NCBI GenBank assembly: GCA_964619725.1
Contig: CAZUFC010000200.1
Span: 1 to 11,206, forward strand
Direction of reading: 5' to 3'
DNA length: 11,206 nucleotides
Source of the DNA: an uncultured bacterium
GTDB lineage: Bacteria; CSSED10-310; CAZUFC01
A program made the position numbers and the translations under genes. Below, in pieces: positions 7,553 to 11,206 of the stretch (the first letter of the stretch is position 1; every line of letters starts with the position of its first letter). The notes below the pieces were generated by a model. That model made no database searches, was not told the origin of the DNA, and saw only the letters and a program-made list of their open reading frames with translations.

Positions 7553-9223
7553 TTATGCAAGCCGTACTTTCCGAATCATTATGATCAGGCTCAAAAAACC
7601 GATCAGCGCAATAATGCCGGTCGTTTTCATTGCGGGAACGGGAGCCGGGACCGGCGTACGAGTCGGTTGAGGCGGAGGCTGATAGCAGATCGTCAGTTTG
7701 GGTCTGAGGGTGACAGAGCCTGTTTCGCTTGCGCGATAGGTTTCATTGGAATAAGGGAGCGAATCTGGAACGTGCAGAAAGAGTCCGTGATTAGGGAATA
7801 TTCCGTCGACCCAGGCTTGGGCCAGACCGGTTATGTCCGCTGATTTCCAGCCTGTGCCGGAGCCGTTGAAGACACCCCAGATATGAGTGTGATAGGCGTT
7901 GTTGAAGTTGTTCCAGGTAACGGAAGTTTCGGACCATTCGTCGGTTATTCGATACATATTGACGGAACGGTCGCCGGCTTCATTGTGTTCGTAAATTGAA
8001 AAGACCGCGCTTGTTATCTGGTAATCCTGCGGAATAAAGTCCAGATCGAACTTAATGAGGGAGCATTTGAAAGTGTCGTCGTATCTTCCGCTGTAGAGGT
8101 TTTCCCAGTTGCCCGTGTAGTCCGGATGGGATTCCCAAATGTAGGCATCATTGACCTCCCCGTAAGCGCCTCTTTGTATGGTGACGCATTCCGGACCCAT
8201 CGTTCCGGAAGGGGTGGGCGACGGCGTGGGAGAACAGGTAAAAGATGGAGTTTCCGAAGGGGTGACGGTCGGAGTTCTGGTGGGCGTACCCGGCGGCCAG
8301 GTGGCGGTCAGCGTCGGCGTAGCCGTCAGCGTGAAGGTCGGCGCCTGCGTCGGAGTCGCTGTGGGAATCGGCGTATTAATGCCGCCGTCCCAACCCGCCA
8401 GGACCGCCATCAGATGCCATACCGCCTTGCCCTTCTGCTCGCAACTTTCATAGGTTGTATGTCCGCCCTGATTGCCGTTGTATTGTGGATGCTCTACCGG
8501 AACGTCATACCCGTTATAATCGTAAGTCGAATGCTCCCAGGTTTCAGTTACAGGATTGAACCACCAGGCATCAAGGTCGGCAAAATCAAACAGGACCTTG
8601 TTATTGTCCAGACAATATTGACGAATCTGCTGATTCCTTAAATATCTGTTGTAACCCGAACTGCCTGTTCCCTGAGCGTTCCCCGTCATATAAATGAACG
8701 TAACGTCGGGAAACTCGGTTTCAAAATCCGACATAACATCGAGATATGTCTGAACATGAGCCTCGGTATATGAGTCCGCCTGACAACACCAGCACCAGCC
8801 GGAAACGTTTATGGTCGGATTATGGTTCAAGACGTCCCGGGTCAGATCGCGGCCGGCTTCCGAATCCCAGTAGTCCTCCGGCGTAATGTAGGTGTGCGTC
8901 TCCTGGCCGTCGAATATGCATAAAGCCCCCGCCTCGGTCGGCAAAGAACGATGACCCACCGCCTGGCTGTAAACCGGGTCCGCAGCCTCTATCCTCTGTA
9001 ATCCGATGGTCAACTGAGAGCCGTGAGATGTGTGCGCATAATGAAACTTGATGGAATCCTGAGCCTGATCGATCCAGTATAATGGAATCGACGTAAGTTC
9101 CGTGCAGGTGTGGTCTATGACGATTCCCTGTGCTTCGGCCGTTCGCTCACATGAAAGAAAGCCGGCCATACAAAAAACGGCGAATATGAATGAATAAAAT
9201 AATGTGAACCTCTTACCCGTCAT
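7553..9223 (-). CDS. Secreted/surface protein: SGNH-hydrolase-like domain, Pro/Thr linker, DNRLRE-like domain, IPTL-CTERM-like sorting signal
   Basis: N-terminal signal peptide (AEA|Q); globular domain aa ~34-280 (HTSHG, RNQQIR, LFDFAD, GGH); PT-rich linker aa ~284-341; DAYI...SLIKFDL...W.E..VTWNN...NHGL...RPKL pattern aa ~347-514; C-terminal VPAM + hydrophobic helix + RKVR. AGGAGG RBS at 9231-9236. Confidence 0.85.
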   Translation of the reverse strand: MTGKRFTLFYSFIFAVFCMAGFLSCERTAEAQGIVIDHTCTELTSIPLYWIDQAQDSIKFHYAHTSHGSQLTIGLQRIEAADPVYSQAVGHRSLPTEAGALCIFDGQETHTYITPEDYWDSEAGRDLTRDVLNHNPTINVSGWCWCCQADSYTEAHVQTYLDVMSDFETEFPDVTFIYMTGNAQGTGSSGYNRYLRNQQIRQYCLDNNKVLFDFADLDAWWFNPVTETWEHSTYDYNGYDVPVEHPQYNGNQGGHTTYESCEQKGKAVWHLMAVLAGWDGGINTPIPTATPTQAPTFTLTATPTLTATWPPGTPTRTPTVTPSETPSFTCSPTPSPTPSGTMGPECVTIQRGAYGEVNDAYIWESHPDYTGNWENLYSGRYDDTFKCSLIKFDLDFIPQDYQITSAVFSIYEHNEAGDRSVNMYRITDEWSETSVTWNNFNNAYHTHIWGVFNGSGTGWKSADITGLAQAWVDGIFPNHGLFLHVPDSLPYSNETYRASETGSVTLRPKLTICYQPPPQPTRTPVPAPVPAMKTTGIIALIGFLSLIIMIRKVRLA

Positions 9224-9271
9224 ACTCTTTCCTCCTGAAACAAATAAAGCGTAAAAATCCGCTTTTTGGTC

Positions 9272-9306
9272 AGTTTACGTTTTGAAATTTCATTAGTCAA
9301 TGAAAT
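9272..9306 (-). promoter_or_regulatory. Putative sigma70 promoter of the surface-protein gene with an overlapping palindromic operator
   Basis: Minus strand TTGACT (9300-9295)-N17-TAAACT (9277-9272); perfect inverted repeat atttcatt-agtc-aatgaaat (9287-9306) centred on the -35 box. Confidence 0.6.
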
Positions 9307-9450
9307 CACACGCGTATTTTACTTTCATTTATTTTTTCTACCCTGTAACATAGCGTTTCGGCTTTTTGACGCGATATTCAAACTGCCGCGATCGCCGAGC
9401 AGACGACAAACGATTCTCATAACCGCTTCTGAGGACCGCTGAATAAAACG

Positions 9451-10863
9451 ATGAACGATCAAAAAAAATTCCTGGTCATCGGCGCCGGCCCAGCAGGACT
9501 CACTGCCGCATATGAATTGATGAAACAGGAGGTTCCCGCCGTCGTAGCGGAAAAAGACGATATGACGGGCGGACTATCGAGAACGGTCGAATACGGAGGT
9601 TACCGGTTTGATGTGGGAGGACATCGCTTTTTTACAAAAGTTAACTTAATCCGCAATATATGGCATGAGGTCCTCGGCGATGAATTCATCAAACGTCCCC
9701 GGCTTTCCAGGATTTATTACAACAAAAAATTCTTCGACTATCCTCTCAAACCGCTGAATGCCTTCAAAGGACTGGGAGTGACTGAAACCTTCCGTATCAT
9801 TTCGAGTTATCTGAGATACCATTTTCGTCCGCTTGCCGAAGAAAACGATCTGGAACACTGGTTGACGAACCGCTTCGGAAAAAGATTATACCAGATTTTC
9901 TTTAAAACATACTCAGAAAAAGTCTGGGGCAGGTCCTGCACGGAAATCAGCGCAGATTGGGCCTCTCAAAGAATTAAAAACCTCGACCTGATGACTGCTG
10001 TAAAAAATCTTTTTGCTCCTCTCAAGAAAAAAAACAATCAGGAAGTGACCACTCTGATTGAGGAATTCCATTATCCTCGCCTGGGCCCAGGTCAAATGTG
10101 GGAAAAAATGCGCTCAATTCTGGAACAGAACGACATACCAGTCAATTTAAGCGCCCGCGTCATCAAAATTAAACATCAAAATGGACTCATTAAAAACGTC
10201 ACCATAAGAAATGAAAACGGCGAGGAACGTATTGAGAAAGCGACTCATTTCATTTCCAGCATGCCCTTAAGAGAGATGATCCGCATTTTTGATCCGCCGC
10301 TTCCTCCCCATATCATCGAAACCTCTGATAATCTTGAATATAGAGATTTTTTAACTGCAGTTTTAATGACGAAACGCTCCCACGTCTTTCCGGATAACTG
10401 GATATACATTCATTCGCCGGAATTAAAAGTCAGCCGCATGCAGAATTTCAAAAACTGGAGTTCCGCCATGGTTCCGGACCAGTCCAGAACTTCGCTCGGC
10501 CTGGAATATTTCGTTCAGAAAGGCGATGAATTGTGGAACGCCCCTGATGAAGATATAATAAATCTGGGACTGGATGAGTGCATAAAAATGGGTTTTCTAA
10601 ACGGGAATGAGCTTGAAGACGGACAAGTGATCCGCATGCGGTATGCTTACCCGGTATATACAATTGGATACGAAAAAAACGTGATGATATTAAAAAATTA
10701 CCTGGAAAGATTCAAGAACCTGGCCCTTATTGGAAGAAACGCACAACATCGCTACAACAACCAGGATCATTCGATGCTCACGGGAATATACGCCGCAAGA
10801 CGCCTGTGCGGAGAACCTTACGACGAGTGGGAAGTGAATACCGAAGAGGATTATCTGGAATGA
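9451..10863 (+). CDS. NAD(P)/FAD-dependent oxidoreductase (PRK07208-like; protoporphyrinogen oxidase/UDP-galactopyranose mutase superfamily)
   Basis: GAGPAGL, GGLSRT, FDVGGHRFFTK, FHYPRLGPGQMWE, FPDNWIYIH, AYPVY and GRNAQHRYNNQDHSM motifs; C-terminal W.VN.E..Y.E; gagg upstream. Confidence 0.88.
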   Translation: MNDQKKFLVIGAGPAGLTAAYELMKQEVPAVVAEKDDMTGGLSRTVEYGGYRFDVGGHRFFTKVNLIRNIWHEVLGDEFIKRPRLSRIYYNKKFFDYPLKPLNAFKGLGVTETFRIISSYLRYHFRPLAEENDLEHWLTNRFGKRLYQIFFKTYSEKVWGRSCTEISADWASQRIKNLDLMTAVKNLFAPLKKKNNQEVTTLIEEFHYPRLGPGQMWEKMRSILEQNDIPVNLSARVIKIKHQNGLIKNVTIRNENGEERIEKATHFISSMPLREMIRIFDPPLPPHIIETSDNLEYRDFLTAVLMTKRSHVFPDNWIYIHSPELKVSRMQNFKNWSSAMVPDQSRTSLGLEYFVQKGDELWNAPDEDIINLGLDECIKMGFLNGNELEDGQVIRMRYAYPVYTIGYEKNVMILKNYLERFKNLALIGRNAQHRYNNQDHSMLTGIYAARRLCGEPYDEWEVNTEEDYLE

Positions 10864-10924
10864 TTCCTCTTTTTCGAAGCGCCGATTCGCTTGAATAACT
10901 GATGATAAATTATCCTTATTTTTA

Positions 10925-10995
10925 CGGAAAGTTACTCGTAATTATTTCTTTCGACTGCGATACCGAAACAAAATGATGGAATATTCTGTAGAATT
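10925..10995 (+). repeat. Dispersed intergenic repeat, copy C (3'-truncated)
   Basis: cggaaag...ctgcgata-ccgaaacaaaatgatggaatattctgtagaatt aligns with copies A, B and D; similarity stops after gaatt. Confidence 0.85.
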
Positions 10996-10996
10996 C

Positions 10997-11206
10997 GCCA
11001 ATTGCCGATGATTGCAGGCCGAATTCATTGACTATTGGCCATTGACCATTGACCATTGGCAATTATACGCGGTCTGTCTTGTCGGAAGCGTCTGGAATTT
11101 CAGAATTGTCAATGGCCAACGTCCAATCGTCAATGGCCAATGATTGCAGGACGAATTCATTGACCATTGGCTATTGACCATTGACCATTGGCCATTATAC
11201 GCGGTC
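10997..11206. repeat. Tandem 132-bp-period repeat built from inverted heptamer arrays (GYCAATG / CATTGRC)
   Basis: 11008-11074 and 11140-11206 are 67-bp direct repeats with 4 mismatches; each contains five CATTGRC-type heptamers and is preceded by reverse-complement heptamers. Confidence 0.92.

Noticed and set aside
7370-7843. 157-aa plus-strand ORF with ISITIAIPTPILTPI
   Set aside because: The low-complexity segment is the hexamer array read in frame; the rest is antisense to the surface-protein gene.
8126-8641. Plus-strand ORFs 8126-8641 and 8178-8453 (Gly/Val- or Arg-rich)
   Set aside because: Antisense shadows of the Pro/Thr linker codons.
1025-10663. Remaining short overlapping ORFs in the track (e.g. 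1025-1369, 2224-2580, 2291-2716, 3360-3995, 3840-4208, 3999-4244, 5920-6120, 6929-7216)
   Set aside because: They overlap better-supported genes in another frame or strand, or span promoter/repeat DNA, and have no recognisable motifs.
9451-10863. Specific assignment as hemY/hemG or glf
   Set aside because: Motifs support the superfamily only; no heme or galactofuranose pathway context in the window.
10997-11206. CRISPR array
   Set aside because: The repeat is 67 bp or longer with internal heptamer periodicity, the intervening DNA is itself partly repeat-derived, only two units are visible, and there are no cas genes.

Overview
Bacterial chromosomal window with eight supportable CDSs: an NTP_transf_5-type nucleotidyltransferase (-), a DUF1295 membrane protein (+), an unknown multi-pass membrane protein (-), a two-gene SufC/SufB-like operon resembling the minimal SMS Fe-S assembly system (+), an NDH-2-like flavoprotein (-), a large secreted/surface protein with an IPTL-CTERM-like anchor (-) and a PRK07208-like FAD oxidoreductase (+). 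The most unusual signal is non-coding. A dispersed intergenic repeat of about 100 bp occurs in at least four full or partial copies (1732-1781, 5903-6002, 7354-7420, 10925-10995) and carries variable CGAT-hexamer tracts. Two copies bracket the NDH-2-like gene as 67-bp inverted repeats. A third copy is cut off by a different element, a 132-bp-period repeat built from inverted heptamer arrays, which runs off the window end. No rRNA, tRNA, CRISPR array, transposase or integrase was seen. All family assignments come from reading motifs by eye, not from database searches.
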